Shown: piece after piece, positions 52,595-62,715 of the stretch | Layout of the letters: the number at the start of each line of letters is the position of its first letter | How positions within the stretch are numbered: position 1 is the first letter of the stretch | Source: Candidatus Marinacidobacterales bacterium | Lineage (GTDB): Bacteria > Acidobacteriota > Vicinamibacteria > Marinacidobacterales > DATDRI01 | Assembly (NCBI GenBank): GCA_965219415.1 | Contig: CBDCNP010000002.1 | Span: forward strand, 3,520,001 to 3,584,000 | Direction: 5' to 3' | Length of the DNA: 64,000 nt | The notes under the pieces: model-generated | What the model was told of the DNA's origin: nothing | The model's input: only the letters and a program-made list of their open reading frames with translations | The model's database searches: none | Made by a program: the position numbers and the translations under genes

Positions 52595-53730
52595 ATGCCG
52601 CTCGCTGATCCAACATATATTGGCCAGGTCGCTTCCGTTACAGGAGCTATAGTCCGCGTACGGCTTCGCGAGGATATGCCATCAACGCTGGTCATGATCG
52701 GCGGGGAGTCCTACCGTGTCGGCCAGATCGGGGGGTTCTTCCGCGTTCCCCTTGGCTATGCCAACCTTTACGCCGTCTGCACTCAGATCGGCGCGGATGC
52801 AGCCCCTCCCAGCAGTGCCGAGGTAATGTCCGAGGCAGCGCTGGAAACGGACTCACAAGTTCGTCTCTCGGGCTTTCGCTGGATGACGATTGTGTTATTC
52901 GGCGAAGGACTTGGTACCGAGTTTGAGAGAGGTGTCGGTCAATACCCGACAGTCGGAGATGAAGTACACCTTGTTACCAATGACGATCTTAAAATTATCT
53001 ATGGATGGGCAAAGGGCAAGAAGGGCACAATTTCTGTCGGACAAATAGCTGCCACGTCTGGCATATCAGCCGACGTAAGTGTGGCAGGACTCGTTAGCCG
53101 ACACAGCGCCATCGTTGGTTCCACAGGCGCGGGCAAGTCAAACCTCGTCACCGTTCTGATGGAAACGGTTTCCGACGGAACCCTGCCGAACGCCCGAGCA
53201 ATTGTCATTGATCTGCATGGCGAATACGGGACTGCACTTGGCGCCAAGGCGAGAGTGTTTCGTACAAGGCCTGACGAGGAAGCTGGAGAAAGACATTTGC
53301 GGGTGCCGTTTTGGGCGCTTCCATTTTCCGAGCTCCAGCAGCTTACGTTAGGGGGACTTCAGCCCAACCATGAAGCCGCTATCCGGGATCAAGTCCTAGA
53401 TATGAAAGTAGCGGCGGCAGAGCACCTGACCATCTCTCCGCCACCGGAAACACTCACTGCGGATTCTCCAGTCCCGTTCAGCATCAAGCAGCTATGGTAC
53501 AAGCTTGATCAATCTGAACGGGTCACCTTCCACACTACAGGAAACCAGCAGACTGACCAAGAGGCCTACCCTCCAGATGAAGTCGGAGACGCGAGCAAAT
53601 TGAGGCCCGACCGATATCCGGCAGCGAGTCCCTATAACCAGGAGCCGTACAAGAATCAGCGAAAGCGAAACATTGAACGCCACCTTGATCTCATGCGGAG
53701 CAGATTAAAGGATAGTCGGTTCTCGTTCCT
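52595..53730 (+). pseudogene. herA: HerA-family ATPase, 3' truncated
   Basis: N-terminal HAS-barrel-like region, RHSAIVGSTGAGKS, IDLHGEY; after DSRFSF it runs into reversed rve sequence. Confidence 0.85.
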
Positions 53731-54194
53731 TCTCGCGAAGCGGATAATCAGCTGTTCGATCTTTTCGTCGATTCGTGGTCGCCCCGGATACGTCCGGTTC
53801 TTGGAACCGTCGAACTTCCTGGCGATGAGCTTGCGGTGCCACCCGAGAATCGTATCGGGCCTGACGATACTCGCTACCTCTTCGAGCGCGCGCTTGCCGA
53901 GCTGTTTTCCGATCTCCGCCAAGGTTCTCCGCTCACCATCGGTCAGGCGCAAACGGCCTTGCAGCTGATCTCGAAGAATACGATTCTCGGTAACGAGGTA
54001 CTCGTTGCGCAGGAGCAGTTCTCGGTCGACCGATCCCGTGATGTACGCCAGCATTGTCTTCCAGTCCATTGTGTCTCCCCGGAGAACTAGAGTAAGTACC
54101 TGACCACGACCTGTGATTCAACCGGTCTAACAGACCGAGGCCAAGCCCTCTCAAACTGGCCTACGGGAGCGCGTTTGAGTTTATTGACCAGACG
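53731..54194 (-). mobile_element. H-type left end with rve transposase N-terminal fragment
   Basis: MDWKTMLAYITGSVDRELLLRNEYL...PGRPRID; end CGTCTGGTCAATAAACTC at 54194. Confidence 0.8.
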
Positions 54195-54204
54195 ACAACT
54201 GAAT

Positions 54205-54400
54205 TTGATTAGTCTCCGGTCTGCCGGGACCATGCCGGCATAATTTCGTCGTTTGTTCGCGCTCTCGTCTCTGCCTTCAAGGCTCCTCGCGAGCTGGCTC
54301 TCGAGAATGTCGCTCTTCGCCAGCAGCTCGCCGTGCTCCGCCGTTCGGTGAAACGGCTGCGGCTCTCGAATGTCGACCGCGAGTTTTGGGTGCTGTTGCG
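54205..54400 (+). pseudogene. N-terminus of the parent transposase of MITE A
   Basis: ISSFVRALVSAFKAPRELALENVALRQQLAVLRR; similar piece follows the TGTGCCTTC end at 58156-58305. Confidence 0.7.
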
Positions 54401-54730
54401 GGTGCTTCCGCCATGAAAGTGTTGGTGAGATAACGCTAAGACTTTACGCTGCATTAAATTACAACCAAAATAGCGCTCACGACCTTCGCCGCGCGCTTGC
54501 CAGTGGAACAAGTTTCGGCACAGGACGCCATCGTATGCAATAATGATGTCGGCGTGCACACGAAGATGTTGCTGAACGTCAGGCACCGCCTGGTCAGCGC
54601 AGTCTGCATCGCCGAAAGAACTGTGTCCCTTCGAAATCAGGCTCAACCTCTAGCACGTGAGCGGGTTACGCGGCGGCTACCAACACTTGATTTCAGAAGC
54701 ACCCGTGTCGAGGTGGAGCGGGTTTAGCTT

Positions 54731-55330
54731 GTGAAACTCCCAAGCCATTCTCCATTACTCGTCGCGCTCTCCCAGTCTGTCGCCGGGCGCGAGAAGTTTC
54801 CCGGCCGTATCGGTGGCGAAGGCCACATCGGCCAAGCGGCACCACCCTTCGAGCTAAAAGCGTGGTTGAACGCGGATCCGCTGGAGCCGGCCGACTTGAA
54901 GGGAAATGTACTACTCGTCCGTTGGTGGACGGACACTTGTCCCTTTTGCTCCACGACGGCACCCGTGCTGCGGGAGCTCAACCGCAAGTACCGAGGTCGG
55001 GGCCTCCGGGTCATCGGCATCTTTCACCCCAAGCCGCCCGGGGATAGGAGCGTCGAACGGCTGCGGCGGGCGACCGAGCGCTTCGGCTTCACCTTCCCGG
55101 TGGCCCTCGACGCGGATTGGATAGCGCTCCACCGCTGGTGGCTCGACCACGAGGTACAGGCGTGGACCTCCGTTTCCTTCCTCGTCGACAAGCAGGGTCT
55201 CGTCCGCTATGTCCACCCCGGCGGCGAGTACCATCTGGGAGAAGCTGGACTCCACTGGCGGAACCACGAAAGCTGCCATCGGGAATACCGCGAGATAGAA
55301 GACACCATTCTCAAACTCCTCGACAACTAA
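54731..55330 (+). CDS. TlpA/redoxin-family thiol-disulfide oxidoreductase (start uncertain)
   Basis: APPFEL, WWTDTCPFC CxxC motif, SFLVDKQGLVRY. Confidence 0.8.
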   Translation: MKLPSHSPLLVALSQSVAGREKFPGRIGGEGHIGQAAPPFELKAWLNADPLEPADLKGNVLLVRWWTDTCPFCSTTAPVLRELNRKYRGRGLRVIGIFHPKPPGDRSVERLRRATERFGFTFPVALDADWIALHRWWLDHEVQAWTSVSFLVDKQGLVRYVHPGGEYHLGEAGLHWRNHESCHREYREIEDTILKLLDN

Positions 55331-55460
55331 TCCCCACGAGAAGCAACGCCGCCAGCGCGAAAAAAGACGAGGAATTCTACGGTAGAGTTGGCGGGTTCGG
55401 GCACTCAACACCTCGATTTTGGCTCGGGAAAGGTTGTGCCTTCTATTTATTCATCCGCGT

Positions 55461-55609
55461 GATGGAGATCACGGATATACTCAGCCAGAACGTGCCCCTA
55501 GAGGACGTGGAGTATCTGGCCGGACACTCCAACCCCTCGGGCCACACAGATCTATGACCGGCGTAGACAGCACGTCACTCGCAACATCGTGGAGCGTGTC
55601 TCGATATGA
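55461..55609 (+). pseudogene. tyrosine recombinase C-terminal fragment
   Basis: VPLEDVEYLAGHSNP, frameshift, TQIYDRRRQHVTRNIVERVSI*. Confidence 0.65.
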
Positions 55610-55915
55610 AAGAAGGACCAGGGAAGAGAGACATCCTTTCGAGGTGTCCCTTCCATAAACTCGAGCTGTATGAGATTGGCGAACTTCCTGTAACCGGAAT
55701 GCTTTGGTCGTCTTCATGTAGGACGTTTTAAGAGCCGGCGTCGGCTCTACTCCGGGGTAGAGGTGTAAGCTGGTGCGAAGTCCGGCAGCCGTTCCGAGCG
55801 GATCGGACTCAAGCAGCGCGTCGAGTGTAATAATGATGGAGACCACCGACCTTTGGAATGACTCTCACTTTGCCCATCGCCGGTGACTCTACCCGGCGAG
55901 GCTCAGGCGCGTTGT

Positions 55916-56000
55916 CGTCTGGTCAAAATATTCGAACGCCCATCGGGTCAGCAGTTTGCACCTTTCCAACGGGAAGCCGCATGAGTATTTTGACCTCACG
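55916..56000. mobile_element. 85-bp MITE made of the H and D ends
   Basis: CGTCTGGTCAAAATATTCG...TGAGTATTTTGACCTCACG; second copy at 57509-57593. Confidence 0.85.
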
Positions 56001-56051
56001 CCGACAGAACCCGTCCTTTACAGCAACCGACCCAGTTTCAGGAGCTGAATC

Positions 56052-56927
56052 ATGAGTAACAAGTACGTAAGGCCGGAACACATGTCGCTAAAGGGCCATC
56101 CCGACTTTAACGAAAAATGGGTACAAAACCTCATTGCGAACGATCCTTCCATCCTACGGCTTGGAGAATTAGCGCTGAGGGACATAGAGCGCATGCAGCC
56201 GCGCGCCGGCCGTCTCGATCTTCTGCTTCAAGATACCGATACGAAACGAAGATACGAAGTGGAACTGCAACTCGGGTCGACGGATGAGGCCCATATCATC
56301 CGTACAATCGAGTATTGGGATATCGAGAAGAAGCTTTACCCGCAATATGAGCACTGCGCCGTCCTCATCGCAGAGGACATTACAAGCCGATTCTTGAATG
56401 TCGTCTCCCTTTTCAATGGGGCAATTCCCCTCATCGCTATTCAGATGCAGGCTCTCAAGGTCGGTGATAACCTGACGCTTGTTTTCACCAAGGTCATGGA
56501 CGAACTTTCGAGGGGACTTATTGACGAGGATGAGGATGCTGAATCAGCACCGACCGATCGTGCATACTGGGAGAAACGCGCCACCAAAGCAACGGTCGAT
56601 TGGGCCGATCAGATACTGGAGATTCTTCGTAGCTTTGATCCAACACTGAATCTGAAGTACAACAAATTCTATATCGGCGTGGAGAAGGACGGTCAACCCT
56701 ACAACTTTGTAACGTTCCGGCCACAGAAGAAAGCGCTCAGTTTCAACTTGAAGCTACCCCAGACCGACGATCTTGATACCAAGATCGACGAAGCTGGTCT
56801 CGACACGCTTGAGTACGACACACGCTGGGGCTTCTACCGCCTTCGTCTGACCATGAACGACATTAAGACGAAGTCGGAGATTCTGGAACAGTTGTCAAAA
56901 CTTGCTCATGCTCGACGAGCAAGCTAG
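56052..56927 (+). CDS. NucS-like PD-(D/E)XK nuclease with DUF5655-like C-terminus
   Basis: FNEKWVQ, GRLDLL...YEVELQ, AVLIAE; LKYNKFYIG...NFV. Confidence 0.65.
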   Translation: MSNKYVRPEHMSLKGHPDFNEKWVQNLIANDPSILRLGELALRDIERMQPRAGRLDLLLQDTDTKRRYEVELQLGSTDEAHIIRTIEYWDIEKKLYPQYEHCAVLIAEDITSRFLNVVSLFNGAIPLIAIQMQALKVGDNLTLVFTKVMDELSRGLIDEDEDAESAPTDRAYWEKRATKATVDWADQILEILRSFDPTLNLKYNKFYIGVEKDGQPYNFVTFRPQKKALSFNLKLPQTDDLDTKIDEAGLDTLEYDTRWGFYRLRLTMNDIKTKSEILEQLSKLAHARRAS

Positions 56928-57023
56928 AGATCGGATAGCCTCCACTTTGATCGACTTTGAATCTTATCTGGTCAACTTTTAGTTTGAGACCGTATTGGGA
57001 CTGAGCGTTCGCAACTGTGAACC

Positions 57024-57508
57024 TTCGCGGTAGGGACCGCCCTTACGGACGGCCCCCCGCACAGATCCCAGCGAGCGCTGCTAACGCACTGGGCTCCTAC
57101 CTCAGGTCATGACGCGCAGTCGCTGTTCGGGATACGGGTGCAGTGTTCGAATCGGTGGAAACCAGCGGTCGGCCAGGCGGTTCATGCGCTCCGCGGTCAT
57201 CCGGTGTCGTTGGCTCCTCTGCCGCAGCGTGCGGAGCCAGAGACGGTACACCTGATACTTGAAAGCGCCGAGCTTCCGCTGGTTACGAGGCACCGCATAA
57301 TAGTTGAAATGCCCCTGCATGACCGACCTTAACCAGTGCCCTACCTCGGGGACAGGATGGTGCAGCCGTCGCTTCAGCTCGATTTTGATCTCGCGAAGTT
57401 TCGACTGCAGCCGTTTCCGCATCGTCTGCCGAAGCACGATGAATTTCCCATTCCTTGTTGTGTTGCACGTATGTGTGAAACCAAGAAAATCGAAAGACTC
57501 GGGCTTCC
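57024..57508 (-). mobile_element. group II intron 3' fragment (maturase C-terminus, domains V-VI)
   Basis: FDFLGFTH...GHFNYYAVPRN...HPYP; GGAGCCCAGTGCGTTAGCAGCGCTCGCTGGGATCTGTGCGGGGGG...CCCTACCGCG. Confidence 0.85.
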
Positions 57509-57593
57509 CGTCTGGTCAAAATATTCGAACGCCCATCGGGTCAGCAGTTTGCACCTTTCCAACGAGAAGCCGCATGAGTATTTTGACCTCACG

Positions 57594-58155
57594 CGGAGAT
57601 TTTTCACGGCGTTGCCGATCGGGTCGGAGACTCGCTGGGGCTCGCCCGGCTTGCAGCGGCGACGGATGCGGACGTGATCGTTCTTGCCGGTGTGTACTTC
57701 ATGGCAGAAACGGCCAACCTTTTGAACCCGAACAAGACTGTCCTCATTCCAGATGCGGAGGCCGGTTGTTCTCTTGCCGCCTCCATCACTGGCGCCGACG
57801 TGCGGCTTCTGCGAGAACGCTACCCGGACGTTCCGGTTGTTACCTACGTAAACACATCGGCCGAAGTGAAGGCGGAGAGCGACATCTGCTGCACCTCGTC
57901 GAACGCTGTCAAGGTCGTCGAGTCACTCGGTACGGAACGCGTCATCTTTCTTCCTGACGAGTACCTCGGGCGATGGGTCAGCCAGCAGACGAACGTCGAC
58001 GTCATCCTGTGGAAAGGCCATTGCGAGGTGCACGAGCGGTTTACGGCGGAAGAACTGCTTGGCGCACGCGAGCAATAGGGCAAGATTACGATTCTGGCGC
58101 ACCCGGAATGTCCGCCCGATGTCCTCGCGGAAGCCGATTTCGTCGGCTCGACGGT
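57594..58155 (+). pseudogene. nadA: quinolinate synthase internal fragment
   Basis: [49 protein letters not shown]; internal TAG; both ends clipped by rve ends. Confidence 0.9.
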
Positions 58156-58504
58156 TGTGCCTTCTACTTATCCATCCGCGCGCACCGAACTTGATTAGTC
58201 TCCAGTCTGCCGGCATCATGCCTGCATGATTTCATCGTTTGTTCGCGCTCTCATCTCTGCCTTCAAGGCTCGTCCCGAGCTAGCTCTCGAGAGTGTCGCT
58301 CTTCGTGCGTCTGGAGATTCAGGGTTTAGTCCGGCATCTGCTAGTAGCCGCTCCGGCTCCATTCGCTTTTTCAGACACGACGGGCTCTGGAATGACCCGG
58401 TATAGTGTGGGCAGCTCTCGGCCAGTGGTCTCGGTGAGTTTCGGCTTGGGCGAGGACTCCCCATACCTACCCTTGCCCGTTTTTCCACGAAATCGAGGTG
58501 CGTA

Positions 58505-60292
58505 ATGGAGATTCGGAACCTCAACCAGCTTCTCTCGAACGCGGCGAAGAAGTACGACAAGCCGGACGCCCTCCTGTACAAGAAGAAGGGGGAGTGGCGG
58601 CGGCTCTCCTCGCGCGAGCTCATCGAAAAGGCAGGCAACTTGGCACTCGGGCTGAACGGCCTGGGTATCGGCCGGGGCGACAAGGTCACTCTCCTCTCGG
58701 AGAACCGCCACGAGTGGTTCATTATCGATGCCTCCCTCCAGATCCTGGGCGCGGTCAACGTGCCGATCTACGCGACGCTCCCGCCTCCTCAGATCACCTA
58801 TATCGTCTCGAGCTCCGAGTCGAAGGTCGTTATCGCCTCGACCGCCGACCAGCAAAAGAAGATCGCCGCCATCCGTTTGGACCTCCCTTCGGTCGGACAC
58901 TACATCACTATCGATCCGCCGACGGACGGCTACCAGGCGCTCACCCTTGACGAGGTGATGAAACAGGGCCAAGAGAGCCGGAGGGCAAAACCCGATCTCG
59001 TCGGCGAGCTATCGGATGCGGTCGACTCCGACGATCTCGCCAGCATCATCTATACGTCGGGAACGACCGGAGATCCGAAGGGCGTCATGCTCACCCACCG
59101 CAACCTGCTCTCGAACGTTGCGGCCAGCCAGAAGGCGCTCCCAGTCGAGGACACGGACGTGGCGCTCTCGGTGCTTCCCTATAGCCATGTCTTCGAGCGC
59201 ATGGTGGCGCATTACCTGTACGCCAACGGGGGTGCCACCGTGGCGCTCGCGGAGGGCCAGGAGAAACTCCTGGAGAACCTCGGTGAGATCCGCCCTACCA
59301 TCATGACGATGGTGCCTCGGTTCTACGAGAAGGTCTACGCCGGTGTGATGGAGAAAGTCGCTGCGGGGAGCGCGCTGAAGCAGAAGACCTTTCACTGGGC
59401 GGTCGCGATCGGACGCGAGCACGGGAAGTACCGGCAACGCGGCGAGCCGGCCCCGGCGCTCCTGAACGTCAAATACGCGCTCGCCTCCAGGCTCGCTTTC
59501 GCAAAGCTGCACGCCCGCGTCGGCGGCCGGCTGCGGTTCTTCATCTCGGGCGCGGCTCCGCTCGCGAGAGAGATCGCAGAGTTCTTCTGGGCGGCGGGGC
59601 TGCAGATCCTGGAGGGCTATGGGCTGACGGAAACCTCGCCGGTCATCTCCGTCAACCGTCCCGATGCCTTCAAGTTCGGGACGGTAGGACAGCCCGTCGA
59701 GGGAGTCGAGGTCAGGATCGCGAAGGATGGAGAGATCCTGGTCCGTGGGCCCAATGTCATGAAAGGCTACTACAAGAACGAAGCAGCCACTCGAGAGGCC
59801 ATTGACGAGGACGACTTCTTCCATACCGGTGACGTAGGGGTTCTCGACTCAGACGGGTTTCTTGCCATCACCGACCGCAAGAAGGACCTCATCGTTACCG
59901 CGGGAGGCAAGAACATCGCTCCCCAGCCCATCGAGGGCCGCGTCAAGACGAACGCTTACATTGCGGAGTTCGTCCTGGTGGGCAACAAGCGGAAGTTCCC
60001 GGCAGCGATCGTGGTGCCTGATTTCGAGAAGCTCGGTGCCTGGTGCAAGGAGCAATCCATCGACGCCTCCGACCGGAACTCGATGACCGGTCATCCCGAT
60101 GTGATCGCTTTCATGGAGAGCCAAGTACAGTCGATGACCTCGCACCTCGCGCAGTTCGAGAAGATCAAGAAGATCACCCTGATAGCAACGGAATTCACTC
60201 TGGAGGGCGGGGAGCTGACGCCGACGCTCAAAGTGAAACGAAAGGTTATCGAGGCCCGTTACAAGGATGTCATCGATCGGATGTACGAGTGA
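58505..60292 (+). CDS. long-chain fatty acid-CoA ligase (AMP-binding)
   Basis: YTSGTTGDPKG, EGYGLTE, FHTGDVG, DRKKDL, GELTPTLKVKR. Confidence 0.93.
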   Translation: MEIRNLNQLLSNAAKKYDKPDALLYKKKGEWRRLSSRELIEKAGNLALGLNGLGIGRGDKVTLLSENRHEWFIIDASLQILGAVNVPIYATLPPPQITYIVSSSESKVVIASTADQQKKIAAIRLDLPSVGHYITIDPPTDGYQALTLDEVMKQGQESRRAKPDLVGELSDAVDSDDLASIIYTSGTTGDPKGVMLTHRNLLSNVAASQKALPVEDTDVALSVLPYSHVFERMVAHYLYANGGATVALAEGQEKLLENLGEIRPTIMTMVPRFYEKVYAGVMEKVAAGSALKQKTFHWAVAIGREHGKYRQRGEPAPALLNVKYALASRLAFAKLHARVGGRLRFFISGAAPLAREIAEFFWAAGLQILEGYGLTETSPVISVNRPDAFKFGTVGQPVEGVEVRIAKDGEILVRGPNVMKGYYKNEAATREAIDEDDFFHTGDVGVLDSDGFLAITDRKKDLIVTAGGKNIAPQPIEGRVKTNAYIAEFVLVGNKRKFPAAIVVPDFEKLGAWCKEQSIDASDRNSMTGHPDVIAFMESQVQSMTSHLAQFEKIKKITLIATEFTLEGGELTPTLKVKRKVIEARYKDVIDRMYE

Positions 60293-60294
60293 CG

Positions 60295-60392
60295 ATGTCC
60301 GGCTACGAGACCGTCATCGGCCTCGAGCTCCACGCTCAGCTCAGGACAGAGACCAAGCTTTTCTGCAGGTGCCGCACGCGCTTCAGTGACCC
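60295..60392 (+). pseudogene. gatB: Asp/Glu-tRNA amidotransferase subunit B, 5' fragment
   Basis: MSGYETVIGLELHAQLRTETKLFC; cut by an A end at 60393. Confidence 0.85.
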
Positions 60393-60603
60393 CGTCCTGT
60401 GCCAAAACTCGGCCCAGCCGGCATTGACGAAAGAACGGTGCTTCCGCCATTAAGTGTTGGTGAGATGACACTAAGACCCTACGGTGCATTAAATTACAGC
60501 CAAAATAGCGTTCGTGACCTTCGCTGCGTGCTAAATGGAGCGTAAGTGCCTCTTTTGAAAAGGGATGCATATACATCACCAACAGTAAACAGCGCAAGCA
60601 CCA

Positions 60604-61155
60604 TCATGGCTGCGACTCCCTGGATTGCGAATCGCCATCGTCGACCTCTGGTTCAGCAGTCTCCGGCTCAGCAACCTCTGGTTCAGCAGCCTCTGGCTCA
60701 GCAGCCTCTGGCTCAGCAGCCTCCGGTTCAGCAGGAGCGGAGCGTTCCTCGTTGACCGTCATTTGGATCGACCCCTTGAAGATGGCTCCTTCGGCAACCG
60801 CGATGCGTGCGGCGCGGAGATTTCCGAACACCTTTCCGGTGCGGGTGAGCTCAACTTTGTCGCTTGCCGTGCAGTCGCCCTCTAGCTTGCCACGTATCGA
60901 GACGTTGGCCGCCTCGACCTTCGCTTTCACTCGACCAGCTTCTTCGATTACAACCATTCCGCTGCTCTTGATCTTGCCTTCCACCCGCCCTTCGATCTGG
61001 AGCACCTCGCTGGTGTTCAACTCACCGCTGATGATCGTTTTCGCTCCGATCAACGTTTGCGGCGCGACCGATGGTGATTCGTTCTGGGCCGGAACACCGC
61101 GGGGACCGGTCACGACGTTGAGTTTTTGCGGTTCCGATTTTCCAAACAATCCCAC
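60604..61155 (-). CDS. bactofilin (polymer-forming cytoskeletal protein)
   Basis: TLIGAKTIISGEL, IEGRVEGKI, GKVFGNL, AEGAIFKG. Confidence 0.88.
   Translation of the reverse strand: MGLFGKSEPQKLNVVTGPRGVPAQNESPSVAPQTLIGAKTIISGELNTSEVLQIEGRVEGKIKSSGMVVIEEAGRVKAKVEAANVSIRGKLEGDCTASDKVELTRTGKVFGNLRAARIAVAEGAIFKGSIQMTVNEERSAPAEPEAAEPEAAEPEAAEPEVAEPETAEPEVDDGDSQSRESQP
60645..60734. repeat. 15-bp tandem repeat, about 6 units, encoding AEPEA/V/T
   Basis: CTCTGGCTCAGCAGC units in the bactofilin tail. Confidence 0.85.
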
Positions 61156-61270
61156 GTTACCTCCTGGAGTGGCTCACACTGCAGCGTTCAAGAAGGGTTA
61201 GATCGCCGCGGCGATGAAGGTCGTCCTCTTCTCTCATACCTCATCATAAGGGTGCTTCCGCCATCAAGTG

Positions 61271-62715
61271 ATGGAATGGACTCCTCCACTGACATAGACG
61301 GCATCGATGTGCCAAAGTCAGTCGAATACGCATCGAAAAGGAGGAGTCCGAATGAAAGATACGACAATCGCTGTGGATCTTGCAAAGAACGTCTTCGAGA
61401 TTGCCATCTCGGGAGAAGCGGGGAAGGTGTCCAAGCAACTCCGTGTGAGTCGACCCAAATTGGTGTCGTTCTTTGCCAAACAGAGCGCTGCCACCGTGCT
61501 TCTCGAAGCCTGCGGCTCGGCTCACTTCTGGGCAAGGACGTTCCGAAGGTTGGGACACGACGTCGTCCTGCTCCCACCTCACCTCGTGAGGCCGTATCGA
61601 CGCGGGAGCAAGAACGACCGCGCCGACACGAAGGCGTTGCTCGAGGCCTACAGGAACGAGGAGCTTCTTCCCGTACCCATCAAGTCCGTGCACCAGCACA
61701 CCCTCGCTGCGCTCCATCGCCTGCGCTCAGGATGGCTCTCCACACGGACCGCACGCATCAATGCCGTACGCGGGCTCCTGCGCGAACTCGGATTCATCAT
61801 CCCAAAGGGCGCTCACTTCGTCGTGCCCGCCCTCTTCGAACTCGTCGAAGACGCTGATTCTGATTTGCCCGACGTGCTCCGTTCGCATCTCCGTGATGCC
61901 TGCTCCGAGATTCGAGAACTCAAGGACAAGTGCGCTAGCATCGAGCACGAGCTCAAGGCGCTCACCAAGCAGCTTCCTGAAGTCCAACGACTTCTCGCCA
62001 TTCCCGGCATCGGACTTCTGGCCGCGACCGCCATCGTGGGCTTCGTCGGCGATCTTCGCCGCTTCCCATCGGGGCGCCGCTTCTCGAGCTACCTCGGCCT
62101 AGTTCCCAAGGAAAACTCCAGTGGCGACATTCGCCGCCTCGGACGCATCACCAAGCGTGGCGACTCCTACCTCCGTATGCTCCTCACCCAGGGCGGGCGC
62201 GCCGTGCTCCGCGCGGCGAACGTCAGCAAGAGCCCGCCCGACAAGCTCCGCGCCTGGGCTCGGAAGGTCCACCGCTCGCGGGGACACAACAAGGCCGTGA
62301 TTGCTGTCGCCAACAAACTCGCCCGGATCGTCTGGGCCGTCTCCACCCGCGAGAGTGAATTCCAGTCGCCGGTGGCCGCTTAGATTTAGAGGCTCCACTT
62401 TCGTGTTTTCCTTTTTCCCTTCCAAAAGAGGCTGCGACGATACCCATCCAACTGATGGCGTACCGGTCGGACCGGCGCGGGGTCAAGCCAATAGCAACAC
62501 TGGCCCTAAGAGGTCGTTCAAAGTGATTGGCTCCTCGCGCGCGGATTTTCCATCATGGCCCGGAGCACCCAAGACGCTCCTCACTGAGGCCGAAGATACG
62601 TTTGCAGTCTGACCCACTCGTCACGACGCGATGGATGCGCAGCTTCGATGGAAGATTTATTAAGAAAGGGGCGTGACTAGAAAGAAAGGGGCTTGACTAG
62701 AGGAGTCCAGATATG
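61271..62715 (+). mobile_element. IS1111-type element copy 2
   Basis: Same sequence, length and junctions as 18019-19463. Confidence 0.9.
61307..62383 (+). CDS. IS110-family recombinase/transposase
   Basis: Translation identical to 18055-19131. Confidence 0.95.
   Translation: MCQSQSNTHRKGGVRMKDTTIAVDLAKNVFEIAISGEAGKVSKQLRVSRPKLVSFFAKQSAATVLLEACGSAHFWARTFRRLGHDVVLLPPHLVRPYRRGSKNDRADTKALLEAYRNEELLPVPIKSVHQHTLAALHRLRSGWLSTRTARINAVRGLLRELGFIIPKGAHFVVPALFELVEDADSDLPDVLRSHLRDACSEIRELKDKCASIEHELKALTKQLPEVQRLLAIPGIGLLAATAIVGFVGDLRRFPSGRRFSSYLGLVPKENSSGDIRRLGRITKRGDSYLRMLLTQGGRAVLRAANVSKSPPDKLRAWARKVHRSRGHNKAVIAVANKLARIVWAVSTRESEFQSPVAA

Noticed and set aside
53731-53968. C-terminal extension of HerA in the 457-aa ORF
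   Set aside because: It is the reverse strand of an rve transposase fragment, not HerA sequence.
6716-56927. Classical integron cassette array
   Set aside because: No intI gene and no recurring attC-type RYYYAAC...GTTRRRY hairpins at gene ends; the joints are transposon ends.
57024-57508. Retron or DGR reverse transcriptase
   Set aside because: The tail motifs and adjacent DV/DVI structure indicate a group II intron; no template/variable repeat pair was seen.
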